A stretch of DNA of 64,000 nt. Source: a virus. Where the stretch lies: positions 1-64,000 of IMG/VR virus record IMGVR_UViG_3300025598_000024; one strand, given 5' to 3'. The stretch's first letter is position 1, and each line of letters begins with the position of its first letter. Position numbers and translations under genes: made by a program. The notes under the pieces are model-generated. The model did no database searches. It saw nothing but the letters and a program-made list of their open reading frames with translations, and was not told the origin of the DNA. Shown here piece by piece: positions 17,417-27,865 of this stretch.

Positions 17417-20151
17417 CGCCCACGCCCTCTGTTCATGCCACCGTAGTCTCTTTGGCTGCGTACTGCTCCGAATGTTTTTAATTTATCTCTAGAACTAAGC
17501 TGACCCCATCCGGGTACAGCGCCAGTGTGGTACCCGCCATGAGCACCCAGGTGTAGATCTGTATTCTTCAGGCGCTCGCGCATCTCTATCTTGATAAAGT
17601 TATCCTCGAGCAGAGCATCCACACACACCATCAGACAGTCACTGATATCACTGGTACGGATGGGTCCAAACTTCTGCTTGTCCACACGACCATTAATCTC
17701 CTGGAGGAACTTAAGCTCTTGTTCCAGCAAGCTGGTTCCGTTGGGGCCGTATTCATCCTTGTATGAGTGTACCCAGCCCATGCCCAGAGCACTCTTGAAC
17801 CGTTCGGCACGGCGCATGTTGCTTTCCTTGGTGAACTTGGTTTCCTTTACGGTTACCTTGTGTGGTTGCTTGAGCTGCTTGAGCCTGCGCTTGAGCCGTG
17901 GCAGGGTAACGAATGCACCGTACTGGTCAAAGCTAAACGTCTTGGTGGTACGGTATCGCGAAAGAATATCTACCAGCTCTTCTTCGATCTCTTCATAGTC
18001 TAGTTCCCCATCAGTGTAGTCATCGGGGTTCCAGACCTTCATCCAGTCAACAATAATATGGTACCACTCTTCACCATCATCAGGGTCAGCCATCTTTTCC
18101 ACATGGCAAATCATGCTGGCTGTGTTGGCACCACTCTTGCTGGGGTCACAGTGTCCATAATAAGTTATATTGAACATGCCCTCTGGTTGCATTTCTAGCA
18201 CGCGTGTCTCACCTGTGCTGTCAACGAACGGATCGAACATCCTCTCAACCATCTTGGGATTAAGATAGGCATTGGTTACTTCAGCCCACTGGCTCTTACG
18301 CTCCACCCTAAAGGTGTCAGGCTCACGCTTCTCGAGCAGCTTCATCTCGTTGTCGTACTCCTGTGGAGCACGATTGAACTTAAATCCACCGAAGGTTGCG
18401 CGTGGATCTGCCCAGTCCTCGTATGGCCCCCAGCTGGGCAGCTGTATCATCATCATGTTGGGATAGCTGGGTGTCTTATCATCCTCTAGGCTAAGTGCAG
18501 ATTCATATAGATCGTACGCCTTGCCGATTTTCGTATTATGGCTAAACATGCCAGCTGCAAGCAATGTGCTAGTAGAGGTGCCCAGAGCGACAACATCACG
18601 ATTACCAGCATCCTCTATCGACTCAACAGTAACGTACTTAGAAGTCTTATCATAAATTCTTGTGCCATAGAACTGATCGGTAAATTTAGCAAGCAATCGG
18701 CGTGGGCGAATTGATCCAAGGAACTTCATCTTTTCTGATGAACCACCATTAACAGTAATATCGATGCAGTCTCTACCCTCTTCCTTAAGAGTAGTGCTAA
18801 TATCGCATCCTCGTTCAATCATCATTTCAACTAAGTTATCCAGCACTGGACCTTTGTTCTGAGCAATTCCGAGCAGGCCATGTTTAGAATAATACCCTTC
18901 ACCGTCAAACATACCAGACAGGTATCCTGCATCATATGATTTGTCTATTTCCCATGTATCTGTATAACGGATCATGTCACCAGGCTTAAGATTCTTTGTC
19001 TTTACCCAGTTTAATTGAGAGGCATATGGTTTCTTTGTTAACCAAAGGTGTTCACCCGTGCAAACGACCTCTGGGCCATCTGTTTTTAGTTTAAGCGTTG
19101 GTGCATTAATGATAGAAGTTTCTTCAACAATTGCTTGCCGCCAGCTTCTTCCATTACCCTTGCCGCCAGGTGCGTACTCATCAAAACCAATTAATTTATC
19201 TCCGACCTTCAATGAACCAACAGGGGCCCATGTTAAATCTTCTAGAAGAACTGGTGTTTCTGGTACTAGGCAGAACGGGCTTGTCGGTATATAGATAAAC
19301 CCATCCTTGCCGAATTGGTCAAGGGCAGGAGTGATAGCACTGTATACCTGCTCACTGGTACGGCTACCGTCAGTTCCTACAAGCATGTGTGCGAACTCGT
19401 CAAACATCACACTAAAAGCAGCAGCACCACGACTGGCTTTACTGTTACTGGTCACAGCCATGTTACGGATACTAGCGATCAATCGGTTGGGTCGAATGCC
19501 ACGGCTCTCGAACGTGGCAATCCTGCGAATGTCACTGGGTGTACGCAGTGCCAGGAAGTGGTCCTTGGCGTCAGCAATATATGGCTGGAAGCATGGAGCG
19601 TCAATGATGGTGTTAGAAAGGTCAGCAAACTGATACTGTTTGGCCTGCTGGATGTTGGTGGCCACACAGAACAGGTACATGTCCTTGCTCTTGTCAATGC
19701 CGTAGTGGTACTGTGGGTCATCCAGCATGAGCAGCTGCCAGTTTATATATGCTCCCTGAATGCCACCGATGTGGCCCTTGCCACCACGACGACCAGTGAT
19801 ATTAATAACTTCTTTGAAGTGGTTGTAGCCATCTGCCTTGAGTATCTTGGCACGCTCCATGATGTCAGGGCTAATGCCAATGCATTCGCCGCCATCCTGG
19901 TAGAAGTTTTTCGTCCAGCCTTCTATAACTTCCATGTCATAGTCAGTTAGGTTATCAAGCTCCAGGTTGATGAGCTTTAGCAGGGTGCGCTGGCGTGGGA
20001 ACAGTGGCTTGCCCAAGAACTCTGTGTGCTCTGTGAACGTGACGATATCAGGTATATCTTTATCATCGCGCAGGCTCTTCTTGGCAATCTCAAAAAAATC
20101 CTGTTGCCCCTTCAGGATATTTGCGTTGCCCTTCTTGGTTACTCTTGGCAT
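17413..20151 (-). CDS. terL: terminase large subunit, intein-containing
   Basis: GRRGGKG Walker A, FDEFAH Walker B, HCDPS and DISD nuclease acidic residues. Confidence 0.9.
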   Translation of the reverse strand: MPRVTKKGNANILKGQQDFFEIAKKSLRDDKDIPDIVTFTEHTEFLGKPLFPRQRTLLKLINLELDNLTDYDMEVIEGWTKNFYQDGGECIGISPDIMERAKILKADGYNHFKEVINITGRRGGKGHIGGIQGAYINWQLLMLDDPQYHYGIDKSKDMYLFCVATNIQQAKQYQFADLSNTIIDAPCFQPYIADAKDHFLALRTPSDIRRIATFESRGIRPNRLIASIRNMAVTSNSKASRGAAAFSVMFDEFAHMLVGTDGSRTSEQVYSAITPALDQFGKDGFIYIPTSPFCLVPETPVLLEDLTWAPVGSLKVGDKLIGFDEYAPGGKGNGRSWRQAIVEETSIINAPTLKLKTDGPEVVCTGEHLWLTKKPYASQLNWVKTKNLKPGDMIRYTDTWEIDKSYDAGYLSGMFDGEGYYSKHGLLGIAQNKGPVLDNLVEMMIERGCDISTTLKEEGRDCIDITVNGGSSEKMKFLGSIRPRRLLAKFTDQFYGTRIYDKTSKYVTVESIEDAGNRDVVALGTSTSTLLAAGMFSHNTKIGKAYDLYESALSLEDDKTPSYPNMMMIQLPSWGPYEDWADPRATFGGFKFNRAPQEYDNEMKLLEKREPDTFRVERKSQWAEVTNAYLNPKMVERMFDPFVDSTGETRVLEMQPEGMFNITYYGHCDPSKSGANTASMICHVEKMADPDDGEEWYHIIVDWMKVWNPDDYTDGELDYEEIEEELVDILSRYRTTKTFSFDQYGAFVTLPRLKRRLKQLKQPHKVTVKETKFTKESNMRRAERFKSALGMGWVHSYKDEYGPNGTSLLEQELKFLQEINGRVDKQKFGPIRTSDISDCLMVCVDALLEDNFIKIEMRERLKNTDLHLGAHGGYHTGAVPGWGQLSSRDKLKTFGAVRSQRDYGGMNRGRGR
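18535..19272 (-). mobile_element. intein with LAGLIDADG homing endonuclease (246 aa)
   Basis: SPF|CLVPETP...TGEHLW...GYLSGMFDGEG...FSHN|T splice junctions. Confidence 0.9.
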
Positions 20152-20154
20152 AGT

Positions 20155-20325
20155 TTATCCGTGCTTGTTGGCCATCATTGCAGAGAAAGAAGCATCGGCT
20201 TTTTCTTTGCTGTCATGATGGCTCAGCACGTCACCTTCTTTGTTTAGAACAACCCACTTGTCGCCTTGTTGCTTAACGTATTGATTGGCAGTCTTTTCAG
20301 CAGCATAACGTTCATTGAAGCTCAT
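20155..20325 (-). CDS. 56-aa protein not in ORF track
   Basis: hand translation MSFNERYAAEKTANQYVKQQGDKWVV...; fills the gap before terL, ATGA overlap. Confidence 0.7.
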   Translation of the reverse strand: MSFNERYAAEKTANQYVKQQGDKWVVLNKEGDVLSHHDSKEKADASFSAMMANKHG

Positions 20326-20963
20326 TTCTTATCCTTTGTAGAATCAGGAAACTCCATAATTTTACGAACAGAATCAATAGCTTTTTGTATTGCTTCTCCA
20401 GCTCTTTCATGAGCATACATTTCTTCTTTTTGTTCCATAGCAGCATGCCAACCAGTTCCACCTTGCACTTCTTTGAGCAACTCAGATAAATTACCAAGAT
20501 GGCCTTCCCATTCGCTATTACTAGGCCATGCTCCAGCAGTGACAGCACTGCCTTCCTTCTTCTTGCTCTCGCTGTCCTTGTCACCGTGATCACGCATGAT
20601 ACCGTTGGCCCAGGCACGACCTGCGTCGCCACCCCATGCCAGCCAGGCTACCTTACCGGGGCTGTCGCTATCCCAGTCCTTGCCCTTCTTGTCAACAGCA
20701 TGACGAGCAAAATAGCTGTGCATCTTCTTGATAACAGCCAGACTGACTGCCTCACCATTAGCTAGTTGATGAGCACGACCACGACCTACACTGGTGAAAC
20801 CATCGCCAGCCTTGCCATCCTCAATAAGCTGTAGTGCATGGCGAGCAGCACTCTGCACACCCTTGGGTGGCTTGAATGTTTTCTCTCCGCCTTCGTCCTT
20901 CTTCTCAGCGGTACGCATGTTAACCCAGGGGTTAAACTCTTCTGCTCTAGATACTTTACGCAT
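20322..20963 (-). CDS. phage protein with conserved SYFARH/WGGDAG domain
   Basis: PP.GV..AA..AL...GT.VG..RA.QL...M.SYFARH...AW.AWGGDAG..WA domain, recalled from head-associated phage proteins. Confidence 0.7.
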   Translation of the reverse strand: MRKVSRAEEFNPWVNMRTAEKKDEGGEKTFKPPKGVQSAARHALQLIEDGKAGDGFTSVGRGRAHQLANGEAVSLAVIKKMHSYFARHAVDKKGKDWDSDSPGKVAWLAWGGDAGRAWANGIMRDHGDKDSESKKKEGSAVTAGAWPSNSEWEGHLGNLSELLKEVQGGTGWHAAMEQKEEMYAHERAGEAIQKAIDSVRKIMEFPDSTKDKK

Positions 20964-20974
20964 TGTTTTCTCCT

Positions 20975-22120
20975 TTACATACCTTGGTGCACTTTCATTA
21001 TCTCTTTAACTTTTCCAGACTTTGCTGGGTCTTCATGAGATAATGCTACTTCATTAAGATGGTTACAGAATCCACAGACTGGACCAAAACATGGGCCACC
21101 CATTGTATAATTTATGCCCAGTGCACTGGCTTCTACGCCAGACAGCTTGAACGATGTTCGCTGAGTTGCGCTTGAATCAATAATGCTCTTTATGAATGGG
21201 ATTTGCCCCTCGATGAACACTCTTCCTGCTGCAATAGAGTCATGCAATGCTCGGTGACCACCAGCTTCTATACCATAGTGATCTGCCAGTGATGATAGAG
21301 ACCTGCTGCGTGGATCTAATTCTTTTGGTTGGATAGACTCATCATGCTTGATAACATCTACCAGCCTCATGGAACCAGGGTTCCACCCTGTTATCTGCAC
21401 AGGGCTACCACTGTTCTCTCGCTCCCAGGTATTCTTTATACATTCTGTGTCGTATGTTGGGTTAGCTCCCACAAATACAAAGCCTTGCTTTTGTAAGTTA
21501 GACATGACCCGAACAATCTTGCTTATGCCTATGCCCAGTGGGACAGCAGGAGGCAGATCGATATCTTCCTGAGTTATTGCAGGCGCTATCTGTTTGTGCT
21601 TGATGTCAACGAATGGCTGCCCGTTTCTTATATATGGTGCACCAACTTCGAATCGCGTGTCAAACATCTTTTTCTTGTCACGCTTTGATGCCCACTCGTT
21701 GTATTCATCCTTATGCTTGCCTAGATCTTGCAACCTAACGCTCTGCACAGTTGGCCAGGTTTGTTCTGTTGTATCTGGCTTGATGCCATAGCGGTGCTGT
21801 GAAAGAGCGAGGTCTGTCCAGCCATGTGTTTCAAATGCTCCCAGCTCAACACTCTTGCGTGGATCTATAAGAAAGTGTTGTGACTCTGGCTCTGACAGGT
21901 TTCCGTTCCTGAAAATTGCAAGACCAAACGAGATTGGCTCTGGATCATTCAGCCCAGTTGTTTCCAGGTCGAAGCTTGCGATCATGGGCGGAACATCTGA
22001 CCATAATTTATTGGTAGACTTTTTTATGTTAGGCTCAAGGCTACTAGGATCCCAACCGATGTCAGCAGCACGCCGTGCATCCATTATTGGTTTGGATTGT
22101 TGTGATGCGTTGAAATACAT
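20975..22120 (-). CDS. DEDDh 3'-5' exonuclease (DnaQ-like) with insertion
   Basis: FDLETTGL, GAN..YD, HRALHD. Confidence 0.85.
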   Translation of the reverse strand: MYFNASQQSKPIMDARRAADIGWDPSSLEPNIKKSTNKLWSDVPPMIASFDLETTGLNDPEPISFGLAIFRNGNLSEPESQHFLIDPRKSVELGAFETHGWTDLALSQHRYGIKPDTTEQTWPTVQSVRLQDLGKHKDEYNEWASKRDKKKMFDTRFEVGAPYIRNGQPFVDIKHKQIAPAITQEDIDLPPAVPLGIGISKIVRVMSNLQKQGFVFVGANPTYDTECIKNTWERENSGSPVQITGWNPGSMRLVDVIKHDESIQPKELDPRSRSLSSLADHYGIEAGGHRALHDSIAAGRVFIEGQIPFIKSIIDSSATQRTSFKLSGVEASALGINYTMGGPCFGPVCGFCNHLNEVALSHEDPAKSGKVKEIMKVHQGM

Positions 22121-23376
22121 TATACTTTATGCCTATCAGGATCATATGAGTATGGGAACAAACCACTTTCAGCAACATTGATAGCTGCATCAAGCTTACG
22201 CCTGGTTGATATAAAATTAGCTACAGTGCTGGGAGATACTAGACCTTCTGATATTGGCTGCTTGCCAGGATCATAGCATGAACTAAACAGTTGTGCTGTA
22301 TAGTGATCAATCAATCTGCTTGACATTTTCTGGTAGCAGTCCAATGTGTGCAGGCCATCAGTGCTTCCACAGCTACAGTGAGGAGAACCCAGCAGCTCAT
22401 GTGGGATCATTGATGTTAAACCATTATTCTGATGAAGAAAAGCTATCTGTTTTCTTATTTCTTCTTCATCCGGATCATCAGGCACTTCAACAGTTCTACC
22501 GTATCCTCCGGATACAGCGGACACCCTGTCACCACGGAAGGTTCTCCAGCTGCCCTTGTTGCCATGTTCATCAATAGTATGAGGATCATATGCTCTTATG
22601 TATAGAGAATCATACTTTGGGTGGTGATAAATATAGGTTGGCACAATCGATCTAACACGTGGAGCGAAATCATTATTGCCACGATAAGTTATATCTAGCT
22701 GACCACCATCATTAATTATTTTATGAATGTGCCTGAACAGACCACTGCGGCTATCCCCACTAAGATCTTGTGGGTTTTCAATACCAGGTATGGTCATGAC
22801 ATTGCCAGATTTTATACGTGCTATCTCTGACTGTATCCAGTGGTGAGCACCTGGATAGTCCTTGCTATTCCAATCCTCTACTCTGTCTATTATTCCAAGC
22901 CTGTCAGATGGAGAGAAACCTGAAGAACCAATTACCCTATCGAATAATTGCGATGATTCAGGCAGTGTATCAGGCCTGGATGCCAGATGTTCATGATGGC
23001 TGGACAGGCTATCGCATATAGCATCATGGTCTTCTTGCGACAAAAGACCTGAGAGCATTGTTCTAAAGCTGGATGCATTGTTAACAGTTCTAGACTGTCT
23101 GTGATTCAACTGCGTCTGCAAAAGATCTCTGTCAAGATATGATTCAGCTTCCGGTACAGCATAGTCATAGTCACCATTGTTATTGACCAGGGCGGTTAGC
23201 AGGTGCTCCGGTGGTATACCAACGCCGTGACGCTGTGCATTAGGCTGCATGGCTTCCATGATTTCATCGTGTGAGATGTGTTTGCGCAGCTCTTTGTATA
23301 CAGAGCTATCAAACGTGCCAGGGTCTACGTCAGCAGAGCGAGCTTGTTCAATCTCTGTTGATTTATTTTCAGGCAT
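22120..23376 (-). CDS. WYL-domain protein
   Basis: ITY...R.I.P......Y.RAYD.......RTFR.DRV. Confidence 0.75.
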   Translation of the reverse strand: MPENKSTEIEQARSADVDPGTFDSSVYKELRKHISHDEIMEAMQPNAQRHGVGIPPEHLLTALVNNNGDYDYAVPEAESYLDRDLLQTQLNHRQSRTVNNASSFRTMLSGLLSQEDHDAICDSLSSHHEHLASRPDTLPESSQLFDRVIGSSGFSPSDRLGIIDRVEDWNSKDYPGAHHWIQSEIARIKSGNVMTIPGIENPQDLSGDSRSGLFRHIHKIINDGGQLDITYRGNNDFAPRVRSIVPTYIYHHPKYDSLYIRAYDPHTIDEHGNKGSWRTFRGDRVSAVSGGYGRTVEVPDDPDEEEIRKQIAFLHQNNGLTSMIPHELLGSPHCSCGSTDGLHTLDCYQKMSSRLIDHYTAQLFSSCYDPGKQPISEGLVSPSTVANFISTRRKLDAAINVAESGLFPYSYDPDRHKV

Positions 23377-23379
23377 GCT

Positions 23380-24444
23380 CTAGCTACCACTGTTAAACGA
23401 TGGAACAACATTAGCAGATAATGCTTTCGCAGATGGCTGTTGTATGCCAACTATCCTGCCAGCATTAACATTCCTTGATTGCATATAACCTCTGTTTAAG
23501 AAAAGATCTTCCTGCTCCGCTGGTGAAAGTTCTCTTCTGATTCTATAGGCCTGCTGAGCTACAGCTTGATCTCTTATTGCTTCGTTCCAAAGTGTTGGGA
23601 CTGCACGCAGTTCTCTATCAACAACCTCAGTACCTCTTGGTTTTTCCATCATGTTTCTTGCAAGGAAGCTATGAGGGTCAAGATGCTGTGCTCCGGGATG
23701 CGCTGCTTCAATCTCTGGGCTTGGGTGGCTGAGCAGGTAGTACGTTGTATCCTGGTAGGGTTCGGCTGATCCGGGAGTGAGATTGCGTAGTGTAACAAGA
23801 TGGCCTGGTTGAACAATGCTTTCTGTTCTGAAGGCTTCATTCTGATTAACAACGTAGCTATTATCTATTTTACTTTTTACTTCTTGCAGCTGACTTTTTA
23901 ACTGTTTGCTTTTGTCTTTAGCAATACGATAGTCTTCATCGGTAGGTTCAGAAAGAGGGTCAAGAGGATTTTGGTTCAGGTGGTTCCTCAGCATCTGCGA
24001 TACAACTTCTGATGCTTCTTGATGTTGTTTTTCTACATGTGGTAGAACATTACTCTTCAGATTCTCCAGGTGCGAAGCGGTGCAAAAGAACTTGCGTTCA
24101 TTGGCTCGGGTTCTTGGGGAATATGCCTCACCGTATGTGTTAGGAGATGCAGATGCACGCGCTGCTGCTGCAAGATCCCTGGACGACCAGCCTCCGAATG
24201 TTTTGCTAGGTCTGGTCTGTATGTTTATATTTTTGCTTGGCAGTGGTGGATCAAATTCTGGTTCATAATCTTGATATGCCAATGGCAACAGGGAGTGTTG
24301 TCTGGGAACATCTTCTCCCATGTATCGACTGCGCAGTACCCACTGACCTCCAGTAGTATCAGTAAAAACAGGCTCATTGTCACTGTTCACTGTCATATTG
24401 CTGACAGGAGCTGCTGTTTTGCTATTAAAACGTGGGATGCGCAT
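23380..24444 (-). CDS. divergent GreA/GreB-like protein
   Basis: DPLSE...DY..AK coiled coil then V.PG..VTL...Y.L...P.S.LA..M......V; GGAG RBS before 24444. Confidence 0.55.
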   Translation of the reverse strand: MRIPRFNSKTAAPVSNMTVNSDNEPVFTDTTGGQWVLRSRYMGEDVPRQHSLLPLAYQDYEPEFDPPLPSKNINIQTRPSKTFGGWSSRDLAAAARASASPNTYGEAYSPRTRANERKFFCTASHLENLKSNVLPHVEKQHQEASEVVSQMLRNHLNQNPLDPLSEPTDEDYRIAKDKSKQLKSQLQEVKSKIDNSYVVNQNEAFRTESIVQPGHLVTLRNLTPGSAEPYQDTTYYLLSHPSPEIEAAHPGAQHLDPHSFLARNMMEKPRGTEVVDRELRAVPTLWNEAIRDQAVAQQAYRIRRELSPAEQEDLFLNRGYMQSRNVNAGRIVGIQQPSAKALSANVVPSFNSGS

Positions 24445-24445
24445 G

Positions 24446-24925
24446 CTATCTCCCTGGTATGATAAGTTTCTTTTGAGTGCCCATCTGTGCACGCTTCATG
24501 TCGTAGTATCTGTCAGCAACACCCTTGCCGATCTCGTAACGGTTCTGCTCTGGGTTGTAGTCGTTGCCGCTCAGACGCCCAACGATTGTGATGGTTGGTG
24601 GTTGCTGCTGTTGCATGATGCCTGGTAGCACCCAGTCAACAACAACCTGCAGGCCAATCTTTTCGAACAGCTCATCGGCCTCACCCTTCAGGCTCACCAG
24701 GTTTTCGTGGCTGGCCTTGCGATAGCCATACTTGTTCTGTAGCTGCTCGAGAACCTTCCAGGCACCCATGATCTCTGATTCCATAAGCTCAAGAGGTTCT
24801 TCTTTACCCAGGCGCTCTTCCTCAGCACGTTGCTCTGCCAGGTAGGCATCGATCTGTGCCTGCTGGAATGGCGTGTGCTTTACATCTTCTGGCCTGATGC
24901 CTGGGATTTCATTGGAGTTGGTCAT
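24446..24925 (-). CDS. hypothetical protein
   Basis: packed ORF. Confidence 0.7.
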   Translation of the reverse strand: MTNSNEIPGIRPEDVKHTPFQQAQIDAYLAEQRAEEERLGKEEPLELMESEIMGAWKVLEQLQNKYGYRKASHENLVSLKGEADELFEKIGLQVVVDWVLPGIMQQQQPPTITIVGRLSGNDYNPEQNRYEIGKGVADRYYDMKRAQMGTQKKLIIPGR

Positions 24926-25416
24926 TTGTTTTTATTTCTTTCGATAGAGTCCGCGACGAGTTTTTCTCTCAATTCAGGATACCCCATATCTGTGCGGTTA
25001 ACAACCTTATTCACCGCATGCCCAAGACCAGCTCTTGCAACTCCAGTAGCAGTGCCTGGCTCATAGCCAATAAATTCTTTTGCTTTATTAATAAGCCCTC
25101 TGGCTCCAAGCCCAGCAGCTGCTAGGCCTACTGCATCTGCGCCAGCACCAATGAGACCTTGAGCGTCGTGAGAATGAGTGTTAACATAAGTTGATAGAGT
25201 AGGATCATAATCGATTGACGGTACCTGATTGGCTAGATCAACTCCTTGCTGATAGCTTGTTCCAGGGTCCCAACGATCTTGAAATGGGTGAGCCATGCCG
25301 CGCAGTACATAATGTGCTACGTCCTTTACTGCATCCACACCAGAATTAAGCACGTGTTGTACTGCCTGACCAATGTTTGCTGTCTTTTCATTTTCGTATC
25401 TGTTATTCCAGTTCAT
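24922..25416 (-). CDS. hypothetical protein with MNWxxRY/KTA leader
   Basis: packed ORF, Gly/Ala-rich segment. Confidence 0.65.
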   Translation of the reverse strand: MNWNNRYENEKTANIGQAVQHVLNSGVDAVKDVAHYVLRGMAHPFQDRWDPGTSYQQGVDLANQVPSIDYDPTLSTYVNTHSHDAQGLIGAGADAVGLAAAGLGARGLINKAKEFIGYEPGTATGVARAGLGHAVNKVVNRTDMGYPELREKLVADSIERNKNK

Positions 25417-25424
25417 GATATAAC

Positions 25425-27857
25425 TTATTTCTTTCTAGTCCGATTCGGTTTATTTTTGCCTTTAGCCTGTTGCTTTTCTGTTGGTGTTATTGCCCTTACC
25501 TCTGCATCTGTTGCGCCCAGCAGATCTCGTGGCCCACCGTCTGTAACCATGCCACCAGTACCAATATAGTTACCATTGATATCTGTGTCACCCATGCCTT
25601 CGTTGTATCTGGCTGCAGCTGCGCCCAACTCACGGATGAGACCGGTTCTATCGTCCCTGTACTTTAAAGCATCAATATTTTCCAGGGCTTCATCATATTT
25701 TGCCTGTATCATTGGCCTGTCTTCTGCCTTTAACAGACGAGATCTCCTGGACAGTACGGCAGTAATATTACCTTCACTGTCGAACTCGTGGCCGTCATGC
25801 TCGATGCATTCATGCTTGGTAAGAGGTGAGAAAGAATCACCCTGGGGTACAAGAGGAGTTGTGAAAGCTCTGGATACAACTGACGTTGGCTCACCATCTG
25901 GGCTTTGTTCAGCTACCAGTTCACCGTGGCATGCAACGCTGTCTCTTTGTGACTTGCTGATCGGAGTGCGAATCATTTCATCAATATCAAACCCAGCGCC
26001 CCTCTTTAATATATAAGCATCTCTTCTATTTAATACTATTGGCTGATCTTCCAGAGGCTGTGTTCGAGTGCTGTTCTCTCGAGTTGCATAGTTCTTAGGG
26101 TAAGGAACCCTCATGAAGTGAGTCTGAGGGATCGGTTCACCCTTGGCATTCAGCCGTGTGCGCTGGTGAAATTTTATAAGCTCTTTACCAGTATCGATTG
26201 TGACAATCTCACCAGGATCAATCTTGGACAGGTCAATCAAACGATAGTTATCTTCTACTGTTGGATCGGTACGAGCCTTATCTCTCAGACCTTTAAGAGC
26301 ACGTTCTGTAGCTGCAGGGTTATCCCAGCTGCCAGCAACATGCCAGCCCTCAGAACTTTTATCCGATACAGTCACTCTGGGGAATTCAAGAGCGTTTCTT
26401 TTCTTGCCTCTGAGGCCTGAGTTACCTCTCTTGCATAGGATAGTGCCAGACAATGGCTTGATTTTCTCACGCTTGATCATTCTATCAGCGACGTAACCCA
26501 GACCACTGGCACGAAGCTGATCCTGGTAGTCATACAGCTTGCTGAGATCTACATCAATTGGCTTGTACTCATCTGTATGAACATCGTATTGCCTATCAGG
26601 AATATTAAACTGTGATGCAACATGACTCCATGCCTGTGCAATAGCATCGTCTTGAAAAGTGTCAACAAAGCTTTTGCCACGCAGCTGGATGATTGAACCA
26701 TCTGGCATGCCATTAACACGCTTGTTGTATTCATTGTGCCAGGCCTGTGACTTACGGTTACCACTACCTGGTTCTGGCTCTTCTAGTACTGTTCTAAAGC
26801 CAGCAATTCTAGATTGTTCAGGATCCTCGTGAGCTTCACCGTACATGTGGCCGCTATCACGCCACTCATCCAGCTGTTGAACTGCTCTTTGGATAAAATT
26901 ATGAGCGTTAGAGGGTGGTCTGTAACCAAACCTGTGTCCTTCTTCTGCATCAGACCATTCCTTTAACGCTGCATGCATCTTTTCAGGATCACCGCCAGTT
27001 ATTCTAGAAACAGAATCGTAGTAGCCATCCCATAGTCTTTGCATTTCGTTTTCATGCGAAATACAGGTAGCGCAGTGCGCTTGTGGTTCTTCCTCAACGT
27101 TTTTAACAACCTTAGTATTATCACTCAATGTCTGAAGCGCTGATTGATTGGCTTGCTGTTGGCTGGTGCTATAGTTCTCACCAACTCTTGATGGGTGAAT
27201 GCCCAGCTCTGGTAGAGTTATTCCAGCAGACTTTCTGTGAACATCCAGCATGGTCATGATGTCTCCACCATGTTGTTCTGCCATTTGCTCTAGCATAGAT
27301 AGGCCAGCTGAACGATGCAAGAACGGGTTGGTTTCTGATACTGGATTTCCAGAATCACCTGGCATGCTGGGAGCTGTTCCCAGCTTCATTATAGTATTCA
27401 CCAAAGCATGATGGAAACTCCTGCGGGCTTCACTTGTTTCGCCTGTTGACTTTAGAGTGCCTCTACTGGCAACGATGGTGCGAGTATCGTCATCATGGTA
27501 TTCAGGACCAAGCTCATTAATTTTTTTAGCAATAACGTCTGCACACCCGCACTGCTCATCATGTGGTAGATAAGCTGTTTCAAGTGGTATCCTGGTGGGT
27601 TGTTGGGTTAATGAACCATGAGTACAGGCGCGACCATGGTCTTCAGCACTGTGCCCGCACCAGGTGCAGTTGCTTAGGCCATCAATACCATAAAAATCTG
27701 CAACGCCATTCATAGCGTCAATCTGCTCTCGAGATGCATCACAGTTGCATGCATCGCGATCTACTACCTTTACTGGCTCAGCTGTTCTGAACTGCTCTGG
27801 GAATGCAGTTTCACCGCTAGCTACCTTGGGCTGCTTGAATATATCACTGAGTTTCAT
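25425..27857 (-). CDS. large hypothetical protein (810 aa)
   Basis: long ORF with scattered Cys/His clusters. Confidence 0.75.
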   Translation of the reverse strand: MKLSDIFKQPKVASGETAFPEQFRTAEPVKVVDRDACNCDASREQIDAMNGVADFYGIDGLSNCTWCGHSAEDHGRACTHGSLTQQPTRIPLETAYLPHDEQCGCADVIAKKINELGPEYHDDDTRTIVASRGTLKSTGETSEARRSFHHALVNTIMKLGTAPSMPGDSGNPVSETNPFLHRSAGLSMLEQMAEQHGGDIMTMLDVHRKSAGITLPELGIHPSRVGENYSTSQQQANQSALQTLSDNTKVVKNVEEEPQAHCATCISHENEMQRLWDGYYDSVSRITGGDPEKMHAALKEWSDAEEGHRFGYRPPSNAHNFIQRAVQQLDEWRDSGHMYGEAHEDPEQSRIAGFRTVLEEPEPGSGNRKSQAWHNEYNKRVNGMPDGSIIQLRGKSFVDTFQDDAIAQAWSHVASQFNIPDRQYDVHTDEYKPIDVDLSKLYDYQDQLRASGLGYVADRMIKREKIKPLSGTILCKRGNSGLRGKKRNALEFPRVTVSDKSSEGWHVAGSWDNPAATERALKGLRDKARTDPTVEDNYRLIDLSKIDPGEIVTIDTGKELIKFHQRTRLNAKGEPIPQTHFMRVPYPKNYATRENSTRTQPLEDQPIVLNRRDAYILKRGAGFDIDEMIRTPISKSQRDSVACHGELVAEQSPDGEPTSVVSRAFTTPLVPQGDSFSPLTKHECIEHDGHEFDSEGNITAVLSRRSRLLKAEDRPMIQAKYDEALENIDALKYRDDRTGLIRELGAAAARYNEGMGDTDINGNYIGTGGMVTDGGPRDLLGATDAEVRAITPTEKQQAKGKNKPNRTRKK

Positions 27858-27865
27858 AGCGTTAT

